From IMG/VR virus record IMGVR_UViG_3300021964_000066, positions 1 through 60,067 of that record: 60,067 nt of DNA; one strand, 5' to 3'. This stretch comes from a virus (taxonomy: Duplodnaviria; Caudoviricetes). A model generated the notes under the pieces. That model saw nothing but the letters and a program-made list of their open reading frames with translations. It did not search any database and was not told where the DNA came from. This document shows, in pieces, positions 10,701 through 18,694 of this stretch (position 1 is its first letter; each line of letters begins with the position of its first letter). A program made the translations under genes and the position numbers.

Positions 10701-11482
10701 CATTAACTGGATTGACACTAAGTGGTACACTAACAGGTACAACTGTTGAAGCAGCACAAATAGGAAACTCAGGAGCCACATTAACCGGTACACTAGATAC
10801 TGCCGCCCAAACAAATATTACCTCAGTTGGAACATTAACTGGACTAACATTGAGCGGTGCCCTACTTGGAACTACAGTAGGTACAAGCGGTAACGCCACA
10901 GTCAACGGGTTAACAGTAAATACCAGTGCCACAGTAGGCACAACATTGGGAGTTACAGGTAACGCCACAGTAGGCGGCATACTGACAGACAACTACTACT
11001 ATGCAAACGGTAGTCCATTTAGTCCTGGCGGCGGCGGCGGAACCACAACAGTTAGCAATACTGCACCAAGTTCACCAAGTCAAGGCGATATTTGGATTGA
11101 TAGTGACAGTGCTATACAGTACATTTACTTCAGTGACGGGGATAGCAGCCAGTGGGCTGAAATGCAAGCAGAATTATCATTCGGACAGAGCAGTTACTGG
11201 TTAGAAAAGACAGGCAACTACACAGCAGTTAGTGGCGATTGGTTAATTGTAAATACAGCAAGCAGCGCAATTACAATTACTTTACCTGCTAGTCCATCAT
11301 TGGGTGATACAGTCAAGATTGTAGACGGCTCTGGTAATGCTGCAACAAATAATATCACTGTTGACAGAAACACTAATAATATAAACGGCACTGCTGCAAA
11401 TCTAACTATTGACATCGATAGAGCATCTGTTGAAGTTGTTTACTATGATACAACCAATGGATGGATTCTAATAGGAACATAA
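1730..11482 (+). CDS. Giant repeat-built tail fibre/adhesin-like virion protein (3250 aa)
   Basis: N-terminal IDLG..PD..TGDSLYTAF.K.N.NF.ELY motif typical of T4-like baseplate/fibre proteins. Dozens of 44-aa T/G/A/S/N repeats. C-terminal AP.SP..GDIWIDS and ITLPASPSLGDTV modules. Confidence 0.8.
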   Translation: MAQEIIDLGEGPDSNTGDSLYTAFTKTNSNFTELYTIIGSNSTTNLTGNTITANYFYTTGNLRVGNVNGFGNLSTIGNIIGAGYFYPNGQSVFSNIQADLSNIAQNVLPVTSATYTLGNVNKQWQQAYISSNITLNGANIAISDGVLTVNGAEVSGNYSNSNVASYLPTYSGNLDSLAGNVITTANVTAAYFIGNGSQLEGLPASYSNANVASYLPTYSGNLDSVDGITANSISATEFIGNIIPSANVTYNLGSSDFRFKDLFLSGSTINLDGASISANNTAVIITTAEGGTFVIQGSEDATTYRIQNGTSNVDIPASDGNILISVNGESIATFSSLGLEVVGNITPGNVDTAGNVTASYFFGNGSQLDGLTELSVNFANTAGTAEFVTNATQANITSVGTLTSLTLSGTLTGTTVEAAQIGNSGATLTGTLDTAAQTNITSVGTLTGLTLSGALNGTTLQAATIGNVGASIIGNGSALTSLTGANVTGTVANATYADSADSATTATSADTAEFVTNATQSNITSVGTLTSLTLSGTLTGTTVEAAQIGNSGATLTGTLDTAAQTNITSVGTLTGLTLSGTLTGTTLEAATIGNAGASIIGDGSQLTSLTGANVTGTVANATYADSAGSATTATTADTAEFVTNAAQANITSVGTLTSLTLSGTLTGTTVEAAQIGNSGATLTGTLDTAAQTNITSVGTLTGLTLSGTLTGTTINAASIGNAGSTLTGTLQTAAQTNITSVGTLTGLTLSGTLTGTTVEAAQIGNSGATLTGTLDTAAQTNITSVGTLTGLTLSGALNGTSLNAATIGNSGSLLTGTLTTASQPNVTSLSDSVTIGEITIGSNAITSTHHTITLEPADAGSTGNVVIEGNLRVTGNVTYIDSETITTNDKDIMIANNTSNIADLNGAGILVGNISGAGIVTWTYSTTQDAWISNVGIAPAANATLDFGGTSNYWNNAYAANVISESLTGTLQTAAQTNITSVGTLTGLTLSGNLDGTNINAASIGNTGATITGTLQTAAQTNITSLGTLTGLTLSGTLTGTTVEASTIGNTGATLTGTLSTAAQTNITSVGTLTGLTLSGTLTGTTVEAAQIGNSGATLTGTLDTAAQTNITSVGTLTGLTLSGTLNGTTIQAAIIGNSGASIIGDGSQLTSLTGANVTGTVANATYADNAGSATTAVSADTAEFVTNATQANITSVGTLTGLTLSGNLDGTNINAASIGNSGASITGTIQTAAQTNITSVGTLTGLTLSGTLTGTTVEAAQIGNSGATLTGTLDTAAQTNITSVGTLTGLTLSGTLTGTTVNAAQIGNIDAAITAATVSAATIGNTGTTLTGTLSTAAQTNITSVGTLVSLGVTGNVDAGNLITTGTVEATGNISTDNYLLGNGRFIQGITVAAGSAIENGTSNVVVAASGNITAAVAGVTDVVTIATDGVYTGNVFVDNTITAATVNAAQIGNSGATLTGTLDTAAQTNITSVGTLTGLTLSGALNGTTLQAATIGNSGASFIGNGSQLTSLTGANVTGTVANSTYADNAGSATTAITADTAEFVTNSTQSNITAVGTLTSLTLSGTLTGTTIEAAQIGNSGATLTGTLDTAAQTNITSVGTLTGLTLSGTLNGTTVQAATIGNAGATLIGSTLDTTANATVNGLTVNTSTTISTTLDVTGNITGGNLSGTLIAGTLSTAAQPNITSLGILTGLTLSGTLTGTTINAATIGNTDAAIVGATVSAATIGNTGAAIVGATVSAATIGNAAAALVGATVNTSANATVNGLTVNNSATIGTTLGVAGVTTITDTTDSTDTVTGALVVSGGVGIAKQLRVGNNAVISGSATIVGDLNVSGNVNYSGSNNLVISDNVIELHVANVANVAEPWTFDDGKDIGLRFHYYEGADKSAAFVFSHDERNFEFYDDGALGANVFTGNSYGGLKAGQAVFVNTTPTTGNATGALQVYGGASVSGNLYVVGQFTVENTVTFSNTISGTTFEAAQIGNTGTILTGTISTASQPNITSLGTLTGLTLSGTLTGTTLEAAQIGNAGATITGATVEAATIGNSGTTLTGTLSTASQPNVTSLGTLTGLTLSGTLTGTTVEASQIGNVGTTFTGASVSAATIGNSGATLTGTLSTASQPNVTSLGTLTGLTLSGTLTGTTLEAAQIGNSGATLTGTLDTAAQTNITSVGTLTGLTLSGTLTGTTVEAAQIGNSGATLTGTLDTAAQTNITSLGTLTGLTLSGTLTGTTVEAAQIGNSGATLTGTLDTASQTNITSVGTLTGLTLSGTLTGTTVEAAQIGNSGATLTGTLDTAAQPNITSVGTLDSLTVTGNVAGGNLTTAGDVTTVTVTASGNISGANLTTAGIVDATGNVSSGNYLLGNGRFIQGITVEAGSSIASGTSNVVVAEDGNVTFGIGGTNDVATVTTTGIETGTLSLTGTLTGTTVEAAQIGNSGATLTGTLDTAAQTNITSVGTLTGLTLSGTLTGTTVNAATIGNSGATIIGNGSQLTSLTGANVTGTVANATYADSAGSAGTATSADTAEFVTNATQSNITSVGTLTSLTVTGNVSAGNVSATGLAGTLSTAAQTNITSLGTLTGLTLSGTLTGTTINAAAIGNSGATLTGTLQTAAQTNITSVGTLTGLTLSGTLTGTTINAAAIGNSGATLTGTLQTAAQTNITSLGTLTGLTLSGTLNGTTVQAATIGNAGAAFIGNGSQLTSLTGANVTGTVANATYADSAGSAASATSADSATLAEYVTQSAQANITSVGSSLTTAEITIGSNAITSTHHTITIEPADAGSTGNVVIEGNLRVTGNVTYIDSETITTNDKDIMVANNQTTSLGIDGAGIIAGNVSNVGIATFTYDHSTTSWQPNVGITPAANASLDLGGTSNYWNNGYFAAITAPSITGTLQTAAQTNITSVGTLTGLTLSGTLTGTTINAAAIGNSGATLTGTIQTAAQTNITSVGTLTGLTLSGTLTGTTINAAAIGNSGATLTGTIQTAAQTNITSVGTLTGLTLSGTLTGTTVEAAQIGNSGATLTGTLDTAAQTNITSVGTLTGLTLSGALLGTTVGTSGNATVNGLTVNTSATVGTTLGVTGNATVGGILTDNYYYANGSPFSPGGGGGTTTVSNTAPSSPSQGDIWIDSDSAIQYIYFSDGDSSQWAEMQAELSFGQSSYWLEKTGNYTAVSGDWLIVNTASSAITITLPASPSLGDTVKIVDGSGNAATNNITVDRNTNNINGTAANLTIDIDRASVEVVYYDTTNGWILIGT
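2860..10860 (+). repeat. Coding 132-bp (44-aa) degenerate repeat, AAQTNITSVGTLTGLTLSGTLTGTTVEAAQIGNSGATLTGTLDT
   Basis: Visible throughout the translation. A nucleotide-identical tandem stretch of about 100 nt starts at 9471 and 9603 (132-nt period). Boundaries approximate. Confidence 0.9.
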
Positions 11483-11483
11483 T

Positions 11484-12644
11484 ATGGCAACAACACTATC
11501 ATCAATTAGAGCAAATACAAGTCCAGAAGTTAACGCTACAACTGTGGATGTTACAGCAAACGTAACTGCCAATAGTTTTATTATTGCAGGAGACGGTGTT
11601 TTTTATAGTAACGGAGATCCATATAGTTCGGGCGGTGGAGGTACCTCCTACGATGCTAATGCTACTAGTTCTGGATGGTTTGGTCTGCCCACAGGCAACA
11701 CTCTGCAAAGAAATGTAACTGCTGAACCAGGTAACGGCTCTATTAGAGTTAACTCAACGTTGGACGTCTTAGAAACCTATTATGATGGCGAATGGGTTAC
11801 CATAAAAGCTCTTGCTGTGCCAGAAGCCACTGGCGGCACTGTGACAGAAGTCGACGGCTATAAGTATCACGCTTTCACTACATCTGGAAATCTTGCAGTT
11901 ACCTACTGGCCAGCCAGTGCAACTGCTGATATTCTTATTGTCGCCGGCGGTGGCGGAGGTGCTGGCGGCGCAGCCACTAATGGATCTGGCGGTGGCGGAG
12001 GTGCTGGCGGTGTAATATTACTCACAGCCCAAACATTGTCAGCAACTAGTTATTCAATTACAGTTGGCGCGGGCGGCAGTGGAGCAACAGGTTTAGACAC
12101 TGCTGGTAGTATTGGAGGCAATACAACTGCATTCGGTTATACAGCACTGGGCGGCGGTGGTGGTGGTTGTTTTACCGTCTCCCCAAGTAGTGGTGGCAGT
12201 GGCGGCGGTGCTGGTACTGGTGTTGATGCAGGAAGACGAGTTGGCGCAACTACTGCAAATTCCTCTCAAGGTAATGATGGAGGTGACGCTGAAGGCGGCC
12301 CTGGCACTTCTACTGGTGGTGGCGGAGGTGCAGGCGCAGCAGGTGGAAATGGTGTTAGTGGGACTGCGGGTGACGGCGGTATAGGATTAGATGCCAGTGC
12401 GTATTTTATACGATTTGGCGAATCAGGATACTTTGGCGGTGGTGGCGGCGGATCCCCCGCATCTGGTGATAGCGGAGGTGCCGGCGGAACTGGCGGTGGA
12501 GGTGCAGGCGCCGAAGCGCCAGGAAATGGTTCAAACGCTACTGTTAATACAGGTGGCGGTGGCGGCGCTGGTGGCTCAACGAGTAGTGCTTCATCAGGCG
12601 GCAATGGCGGATCGGGCATTGTTGTGATTAGATATGCGGTGTAA
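11484..12644 (+). CDS. Glycine-rich-domain virion/fibre-associated protein
   Basis: ATGGT...GYKYHAFTTSG, ILIVAGGGGG, poly-Gly tracts and C-terminal GGSGIVVIRY. Confidence 0.75.
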   Translation: MATTLSSIRANTSPEVNATTVDVTANVTANSFIIAGDGVFYSNGDPYSSGGGGTSYDANATSSGWFGLPTGNTLQRNVTAEPGNGSIRVNSTLDVLETYYDGEWVTIKALAVPEATGGTVTEVDGYKYHAFTTSGNLAVTYWPASATADILIVAGGGGGAGGAATNGSGGGGGAGGVILLTAQTLSATSYSITVGAGGSGATGLDTAGSIGGNTTAFGYTALGGGGGGCFTVSPSSGGSGGGAGTGVDAGRRVGATTANSSQGNDGGDAEGGPGTSTGGGGGAGAAGGNGVSGTAGDGGIGLDASAYFIRFGESGYFGGGGGGSPASGDSGGAGGTGGGGAGAEAPGNGSNATVNTGGGGGAGGSTSSASSGGNGGSGIVVIRYAV

Positions 12645-12655
12645 CGGAGATATAA

Positions 12656-12952
12656 ATGGCTAATTTTGCTCAGATAGACGAAAACAATATTGTAACTAAG
12701 GTTATTGTTGCTGATAAGCCCAAAATTGATAATGGCACATTTGGTGATCCTGCGACATTCGTACAGACTTCATACAACACAAGAGCAGGTAAGCACTCTA
12801 GAGGTCGGGCACCTTTTAGAAAAAATTATGCTAGTGTTGGTTATACATACGATTCTGACAGGGACGCTTTTATTCCACCTAAACCCAATGATTCTGCAAT
12901 CTTAAATGAAGAAACTTGTTTATGGGAGACTTCCACTGTTGCTGGTGGATAA
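12656..12952 (+). CDS. Small phage protein (MANFAQIDENNIV...QTSYN...RKNYA..GYTYD...DAFIPPKP)
   Basis: SD GGAG. Motif set typical of small proteins that accompany Gly-rich fibre genes. Confidence 0.7.
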   Translation: MANFAQIDENNIVTKVIVADKPKIDNGTFGDPATFVQTSYNTRAGKHSRGRAPFRKNYASVGYTYDSDRDAFIPPKPNDSAILNEETCLWETSTVAGG

Positions 12953-12993
12953 TCGACAGTAGAATACAAAATAAATATGATAAAGAGTAAGAT

Positions 12994-14379
12994 ATGGCAT
13001 TAAACTTTCCAAATAGTCCCAGCACTAATGACGAGTATTCCTTCGGTGGTAAAACTTGGATATACACTGGTTCAGCATGGAAAATAAAAACTGATGGCGC
13101 TATTAACGATATTGTAATTGGTAATACTACACCTAGCACAGGTGCATTTACTACATTGAGTGCTACAGGAACATTTACTGGAACAACTGTTGAAGCCGCA
13201 CAGATCGGTAACAGTGGTGCAACTTTAACAGGTACACTTGACACTGCTGCTCAAACTAATATCACCTCAGTCGGTACACTAACCGGATTGACCTTAAGTG
13301 GTACACTAACAGGCACAACTATCAACGCTGCTACAATTGGCAACACAGGTGCTACTATTGTTGGTGCTACAGTAAGTGCTGCTACAATCGGTAATAGTGG
13401 AGCAACCCTCACAGGTACGTTGAGTACAGCAGCGCAGACCAATGTTACCAGTCTTGGAACTTTAACAGGTTTAACCTTATCAGGAACACTAACTGGTACT
13501 ACAATAAACGCCGCTACAATTGGCAATAGTGGAGCAACACTAACTGGTACACTAAGTACAGCCGCACAAACCAATGTCACAAGTTTAGGCACATTAACTG
13601 GACTTACACTAAGTGGAACACTGACTGGTACAACTGTTGAAGCCGCACAGATCGGTAACTCAGGTGCAACATTAACCGGTACACTAACAGGTGACGTAAC
13701 TGGTAACTTGACTGGTACAGCCGCTGCGGCAACTACAGTTGTAACAACACTAACCGGTACATCAGCAAATTACTATATTCCATTTTCACTGAGTGGTGCT
13801 GCGACAGGCAATGCATCATTGGGTATTGATGCAGGACTTTACTACAACCCAAGCACCAATTATCTTTTCTATAGTACACTATCTGGTGGGACAATTTTAC
13901 CAACTGCTATTGACTTTGGCGACGGAACATCAGGTACGGAGCATTTACGTTTTGGCTCCTCAGATGATGTAAAGTTTTTCTACGATGGTGTTAACAACAC
14001 CATGGAGATGGAACTTGAGTCAACGGCAACAAGTTTCATTATCACAGACAACGCCACCACACGATTTACGTTTGAAAAAACTAATGGAAATCTGACCCTT
14101 AACGGCAATGTCAACGCCAACAGTTACATTATTGCTGGGGATGGCGTTTTCTGGGCTAACGGTGATCCATACAGTTCTGGTGGCGGCGCCAGCGGCTACT
14201 TTAACAGTTCCTTAACAACGTTCCCGGGATCTGCTGGCGACAGTGATTATGGCTCAGGAGAAACATATGTAGGAGAAAGTGCAACTATCGACGCTTTTCA
14301 AATCCCAATTATTCCCAACTATGACATGAACGATCCGCATGGTTCTTTAGAAACGGTAGATCTCGGAGTTCTAACATAA
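12994..14379 (+). CDS. Fibre-like virion protein carrying the same 44-aa repeat
   Basis: MALNFPNSPS...W N-terminus, about 4 copies of the repeat found in 1730..11482, late promoter at 12972. Confidence 0.75.
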   Translation: MALNFPNSPSTNDEYSFGGKTWIYTGSAWKIKTDGAINDIVIGNTTPSTGAFTTLSATGTFTGTTVEAAQIGNSGATLTGTLDTAAQTNITSVGTLTGLTLSGTLTGTTINAATIGNTGATIVGATVSAATIGNSGATLTGTLSTAAQTNVTSLGTLTGLTLSGTLTGTTINAATIGNSGATLTGTLSTAAQTNVTSLGTLTGLTLSGTLTGTTVEAAQIGNSGATLTGTLTGDVTGNLTGTAAAATTVVTTLTGTSANYYIPFSLSGAATGNASLGIDAGLYYNPSTNYLFYSTLSGGTILPTAIDFGDGTSGTEHLRFGSSDDVKFFYDGVNNTMEMELESTATSFIITDNATTRFTFEKTNGNLTLNGNVNANSYIIAGDGVFWANGDPYSSGGGASGYFNSSLTTFPGSAGDSDYGSGETYVGESATIDAFQIPIIPNYDMNDPHGSLETVDLGVLT

Positions 14380-14409
14380 AAAACGATAAATATTTACGGA
14401 GTTTATTAA

Positions 14410-14955
14410 ATGCCAACACAAGTACAATTTAGACGAGGAACTGAAGCACAAAATGATGCGTTCACAGGTGCCTCTGGCGAACTTTCAGTAGATACTACTA
14501 ACGATAGTATTAGGATTCATGACGGAACTACAGCCGGCGGATTTGAACCTAATGCCAGATACGCTGACTTGGCCGAACGTTACGCTACAGATATAGACTT
14601 AGAACCTGGTGATGTGGTTGTGCTTGGAGGTGCTAAAGAAATTACTAAATCTACTCAAACAGCAGACACAAGAGTACTTGGAGTTGTCAGTACACAACCT
14701 AGTCACAAAATGAATGCTTATGTGGGTGAGATAGCAACAAGAAATCAAACACACCCTTATATTGCATTAACTGGACGTTGTCCTTGTAAAGCCGTTGGTG
14801 TTGTTAAACCAGGTGACTTAATGATCACAAGTGATCAGCCTGGCCACGCTCAATCTACTGACCAATATATTGGCGGCGCCGTTATTGGAAAAGCAATTAC
14901 TGGCAAGGATACGGAAGGTCCTGGTGAAATTGAAGTTGCAGTTGGAAGATTTTAA
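14410..14955 (+). CDS. Mtd-N-like domain plus C-terminal ADLAERY chaperone-like domain
   Basis: QVQFRRGT...GELSVDTT..IRIHDG, then YADLAERY...GDVV...GVVST.P...ALTGR.P.K...GDL. Confidence 0.7.
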   Translation: MPTQVQFRRGTEAQNDAFTGASGELSVDTTNDSIRIHDGTTAGGFEPNARYADLAERYATDIDLEPGDVVVLGGAKEITKSTQTADTRVLGVVSTQPSHKMNAYVGEIATRNQTHPYIALTGRCPCKAVGVVKPGDLMITSDQPGHAQSTDQYIGGAVIGKAITGKDTEGPGEIEVAVGRF

Positions 14956-15386
14956 ATTTTAAGTTTTTCCTGCGTTTTTAATTTATTTCGACTTTTTTCT
15001 AATCTAATAGTTCTAAACACACCCGGGTGCAATGGCTTTGGAAAGAACTCCAAAGGTACCCAACAAAATCCTTTGTGCTCTCGGTTTAAGTCTGGTACAA
15101 ACTCTTCTTCTACTTTAATTAAGAACGTGTGGTAGACAAATTTTTTGTTGTCGCTGACAAACTGTTCAATAGGAATAACTTTGGCGCCATCAATCCTACC
15201 GCCCAATTCTTCACTAATTTCTCTGTGCAAACCCGCAAGTATACTTTCACCGCGTTCTATTTTGCCACCAACTAAACCCCATGTGTCGGGAAACTTGCCG
15301 TCGTTGCGTAGTAAAAATAGATAACGTTTTGTAGCGGTGCAGTAGATCATTGCACCACAACTTGAATTTATATTACCAGTTGCCAT
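14952..15386 (-). CDS. NUDIX hydrolase
   Basis: Nudix box GGKIERGESILAGLHREISEELG. Confidence 0.88.
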   Translation of the reverse strand: MATGNINSSCGAMIYCTATKRYLFLLRNDGKFPDTWGLVGGKIERGESILAGLHREISEELGGRIDGAKVIPIEQFVSDNKKFVYHTFLIKVEEEFVPDLNREHKGFCWVPLEFFPKPLHPGVFRTIRLEKSRNKLKTQEKLKI

Positions 15387-17185
15387 TTACCTGCCTCATA
15401 GAAACCTTCGTAACTCTTGGCCCATGTATTACCATTCCATACATACTGAATGCCTGTAGTCATATTAGTTGCATAGTATGTATCAGGACTATCACTGGCG
15501 TCAAATATTACTACCCAATGTTGTCCGTTATACTGAATAATATCATTGGCACTAGCAACTAATCTAGTATTGTCTGCACCAACCCAGTTATAAGTCGCTA
15601 CGTTAGCAACATTAGCAGGACTAGTGTAATCATTTACTAAAAGATATCTTGTACCATTTACTAAGTTTTGCAAATCTTTATTAGGTCTAGAACTTTGAGG
15701 ATCAATAATTGCGTTGATAGGTGAAAGTGTATTGGCTGGTATTGTGTCTACATCTACAGTATATAACAAACTAGTGTCATCGGCAGGGTTGTAAGCCACT
15801 GTACCTACAACTTCTGTTGTGCCGTCTGCTAATTCTAAACGAACTTGACTAGTACCATTAACTAAGTTACCATAAACATTTATTAAACTGCGCCATGGCT
15901 CATTTACGCCATATTCATATATGCGTTCGCTGAATACAATCTTATCACCTATGTTACCAGTAATTAAATCATTTGCTAATACTGTAATACCATTTACACT
16001 TACTACTGTAGTATTTGGGGTTGTAACATTGTTGATAAAATTGTAGGCGTTTGCTGATACATTAGCATTTGCGTTGGCGGATAAAGTAATTTCAGTGTTG
16101 CTAACAACATTAGATACTGTGCCTAAAGATATATTGTCTTGACTGACTATTGTAAATCCAGCACGTATATCTGATGAAAATGTAGTGCTCACACCGGTTA
16201 TAGTGGTACTTTCAGTATTAGCAGTTATAGTGCCTGTACCGCGTTGGCTTAACCCAGTAATTAACATGTCACTGGTAATACCATCTGCATCTGTTAACAC
16301 AATATTAGCATTTGCACTAACATTAGCAGCAAGTTCTTTAATGTATTGTTGTCCAAATTTGTCGTCGACTGGATCATTGTATTTTACTAAACGTAACTCA
16401 TCGTTTAGTAAAATTACACCATAATCAAGAGGTGTGAGGTATTGTCTACTAAGTAGATTTGCTTCGTCGTATATTGCGGTGTCTATGTTTCCGTCTGCAT
16501 CATAAATGCTGGCAATAATTTTTTGTACCACACCAAGTGTTTTAACTAGTGCAGGAGCGCTAATGTAAATTGGTAACTCAAAAGTTAGCGTGGCAATGTC
16601 TATGTTAGTATCTGTGCCAACAGGTACAGTACGACTGCTCCAGTTAACTTGACTCAAAAGTACGTAAGTAATACTGGTCCAGTCGACGTAGTTGTCTGTA
16701 CTTTGTATTTCTAAAGCTGGATTGAATAGTGTACAAATTTGCTCTAGAATTTGTAATTTTTGTTCTGTGTTGCTGGTCCAAATATCTAATTTTAAAGTTA
16801 GTTTATATGGAACAGGCATTAGTCTTTCAACGGTGAACGTATCGCCCTGTGTTGTGGCTAAAGCACCTGTTTGAGCGTCATAATAACGTTCACGTAGATG
16901 CATTTTATCTACGTAAGTTGGATTCATAATTCTTGAGCGATCATAATCCATGCTTGCAATATAAACTGCCATAGCAGGAGTGCTGTTCAAATAATTTTCA
17001 CTGTTTTGTTTTAAAATGGCGGATGCCTGTCTACTGCTGTCTCCATATATTACAGGAACACGTTGAAGTGTGGTATTACTATTACGATCCATGCCAAACT
17101 CAACCTGAAAGTTTGACACCATACGAATAAACTGCGTAATGTACCTGCGTATTTGTTTATCGTAGAAAAACTGTTGTAAAGCCAT
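15368..17185 (-). CDS. gp15: Tail sheath stabilizer/tail terminator with long C-terminal extension
   Basis: FFYDKQIRRYI..F, VPV.YG and PVPY.L.L.L.IW.....KLQILEQI..LFNP motifs of gp15. Confidence 0.8.
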   Translation of the reverse strand: MALQQFFYDKQIRRYITQFIRMVSNFQVEFGMDRNSNTTLQRVPVIYGDSSRQASAILKQNSENYLNSTPAMAVYIASMDYDRSRIMNPTYVDKMHLRERYYDAQTGALATTQGDTFTVERLMPVPYKLTLKLDIWTSNTEQKLQILEQICTLFNPALEIQSTDNYVDWTSITYVLLSQVNWSSRTVPVGTDTNIDIATLTFELPIYISAPALVKTLGVVQKIIASIYDADGNIDTAIYDEANLLSRQYLTPLDYGVILLNDELRLVKYNDPVDDKFGQQYIKELAANVSANANIVLTDADGITSDMLITGLSQRGTGTITANTESTTITGVSTTFSSDIRAGFTIVSQDNISLGTVSNVVSNTEITLSANANANVSANAYNFINNVTTPNTTVVSVNGITVLANDLITGNIGDKIVFSERIYEYGVNEPWRSLINVYGNLVNGTSQVRLELADGTTEVVGTVAYNPADDTSLLYTVDVDTIPANTLSPINAIIDPQSSRPNKDLQNLVNGTRYLLVNDYTSPANVANVATYNWVGADNTRLVASANDIIQYNGQHWVVIFDASDSPDTYYATNMTTGIQYVWNGNTWAKSYEGFYEAGKWQLVI

Positions 17186-18561
17186 TAGTTATCTGCCTTT
17201 GGTGTAAGCGCCTTGCTAAGGCTTTGGCGTGTTGGTAGTGTTTCGCCTTCTTGATTGGTGTAAGTTGTGGTATCGTTAACAAAGATACTGCGTAGTGTCT
17301 TATTGTTCGGACCTGGAGTCAAGTTAGCGCGAACATTGTCTTCAACTTTGATCCATCTAGCACCATCGTAACGGAATAATCTATTCGGCACGTAATCTGT
17401 CCTTAATACATATTGCCCGATTGTTGGACTTCCGGGGAAAGAAGTACCAGCAGTTACAGTAAATCCGTTTGGAGCAGTTCCATCACCGCCTAAGTAAGCA
17501 GGAATAGCAACATTGGGAGTAGTTGGACTTGTTGTTGCTAATGTTCTAGTACTTCCTGCGTAAGTGTTTGAGTTATCTGCACCAAGACCAGTAGGATCGC
17601 CTGGAGCGCCTGTTGGAGTAAGTGGGACAATATAAAGTTCGTCCATGTTGTTACCACTCTTGTCTACATCCTGCTCAGCTTGATTAATGATAGCATCATT
17701 GATTTCTACCAACTTATTATAGTTGCTAGAAACTTGACCAATTGTATCTGTAGTATTTTCACTGGCTTGAATATTATTAAGAATATCTTTATACTCTTGT
17801 GCATCTACTAGAGGTGTCATTTTAATGCGCCATAAGTGTGGCCACCAAGTTTGACTGAATCCTTCTGAACTAAATGTACAGTCCTGCACTACATAAAATC
17901 TTTTTAGCACTGCAGGAATTGTAGCATCTAACGGATAGTAATCTTTTTTGTGCGGCAGTTCAATAACATCACCTGACATGATTTTACGACCCAACATTGC
18001 TATCATGTCATTTAAGTGGAATGTCATGTACACAGTGTCTGCATTTAAGAACAAGCCAAATTGTTCTAAGTTGAAATCATTGTCGGTGACAGTGTAGATG
18101 CCACGCATGGAATATACGTTGGCATCGTACTTTCTGTCTCTGTTCTCCAGAAACAACAAGTCTTGTATGTTCTGTTCGCTTTGATTACTGTAAATAGGTT
18201 CGTCCCATTCTTTCCAATAGATGCTAATAGGAGCACCATTACTGATTGTACTGGTAGTGTTACTGCTTATTGTAATAGTATTGGCAGTGCTGTTTGCTAT
18301 TGTAATAGTGGTATTGGCTGCAATACCAATACCTTGTACTGTTTGTCCTGGTTCAAATGTACTGGTATTAGCAAACGTTAAAACTGTACTGTTGGCACTG
18401 ACTTCAGAAGTTAGGGCATAGGCATTTGCCTGCGGATTTGTACCAATATATTTGTGTAAGTATACGCCTGTACCACCGATAGTAAACTCTTCGGATATAC
18501 GTTTATCAAAAAATCTATAATCGTTGGTGTGGTTTTCACGCCACATGCTTAATCTTGGCAT
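17185..18561 (-). CDS. Putative neck/head-closure protein (gp14-like)
   Basis: Coupled to gp15. LEQFGLF....VYMTFH and GDVIELPH segments resemble gp14. Minus-strand late promoter at 18584. Confidence 0.55.
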   Translation of the reverse strand: MPRLSMWRENHTNDYRFFDKRISEEFTIGGTGVYLHKYIGTNPQANAYALTSEVSANSTVLTFANTSTFEPGQTVQGIGIAANTTITIANSTANTITISSNTTSTISNGAPISIYWKEWDEPIYSNQSEQNIQDLLFLENRDRKYDANVYSMRGIYTVTDNDFNLEQFGLFLNADTVYMTFHLNDMIAMLGRKIMSGDVIELPHKKDYYPLDATIPAVLKRFYVVQDCTFSSEGFSQTWWPHLWRIKMTPLVDAQEYKDILNNIQASENTTDTIGQVSSNYNKLVEINDAIINQAEQDVDKSGNNMDELYIVPLTPTGAPGDPTGLGADNSNTYAGSTRTLATTSPTTPNVAIPAYLGGDGTAPNGFTVTAGTSFPGSPTIGQYVLRTDYVPNRLFRYDGARWIKVEDNVRANLTPGPNNKTLRSIFVNDTTTYTNQEGETLPTRQSLSKALTPKADN

Positions 18562-18641
18562 AAGTCAGAATCCAGTATTCTTATATTTATGGCGATATGA
18601 ATTGTAAATAGTCCAAAAGTAATGTAGTACTTTAGTACTAC

Positions 18642-18670
18642 TTGCACAATAATGATAAATCTGTTATAAT
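18642..18670 (+). promoter_or_regulatory. Sigma70-type early promoter
   Basis: TTGCAC-N17-TATAAT, then SD AAGGA before ATG 18695. Confidence 0.75.
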
Positions 18671-18694
18671 ACAGTTTTCCAAGAAGGATCAAAA

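Noticed and set aside
2860-10860. Regular repeats as a CRISPR array
   Set aside because: Repeats are in-frame, vary at third codon positions and have no unique spacers; no cas genes are present
2806-13592. Many minus-strand ORFs (VPVSVP...) within the fibre genes
   Set aside because: They are antisense shadows of the T/G/A-rich coding repeats, with no SD or independent signal
14410-14955. Diversity-generating retroelement suggested by the Mtd-N-like domain
   Set aside because: No reverse transcriptase and no adenine-specific TR/VR pair seen in the window
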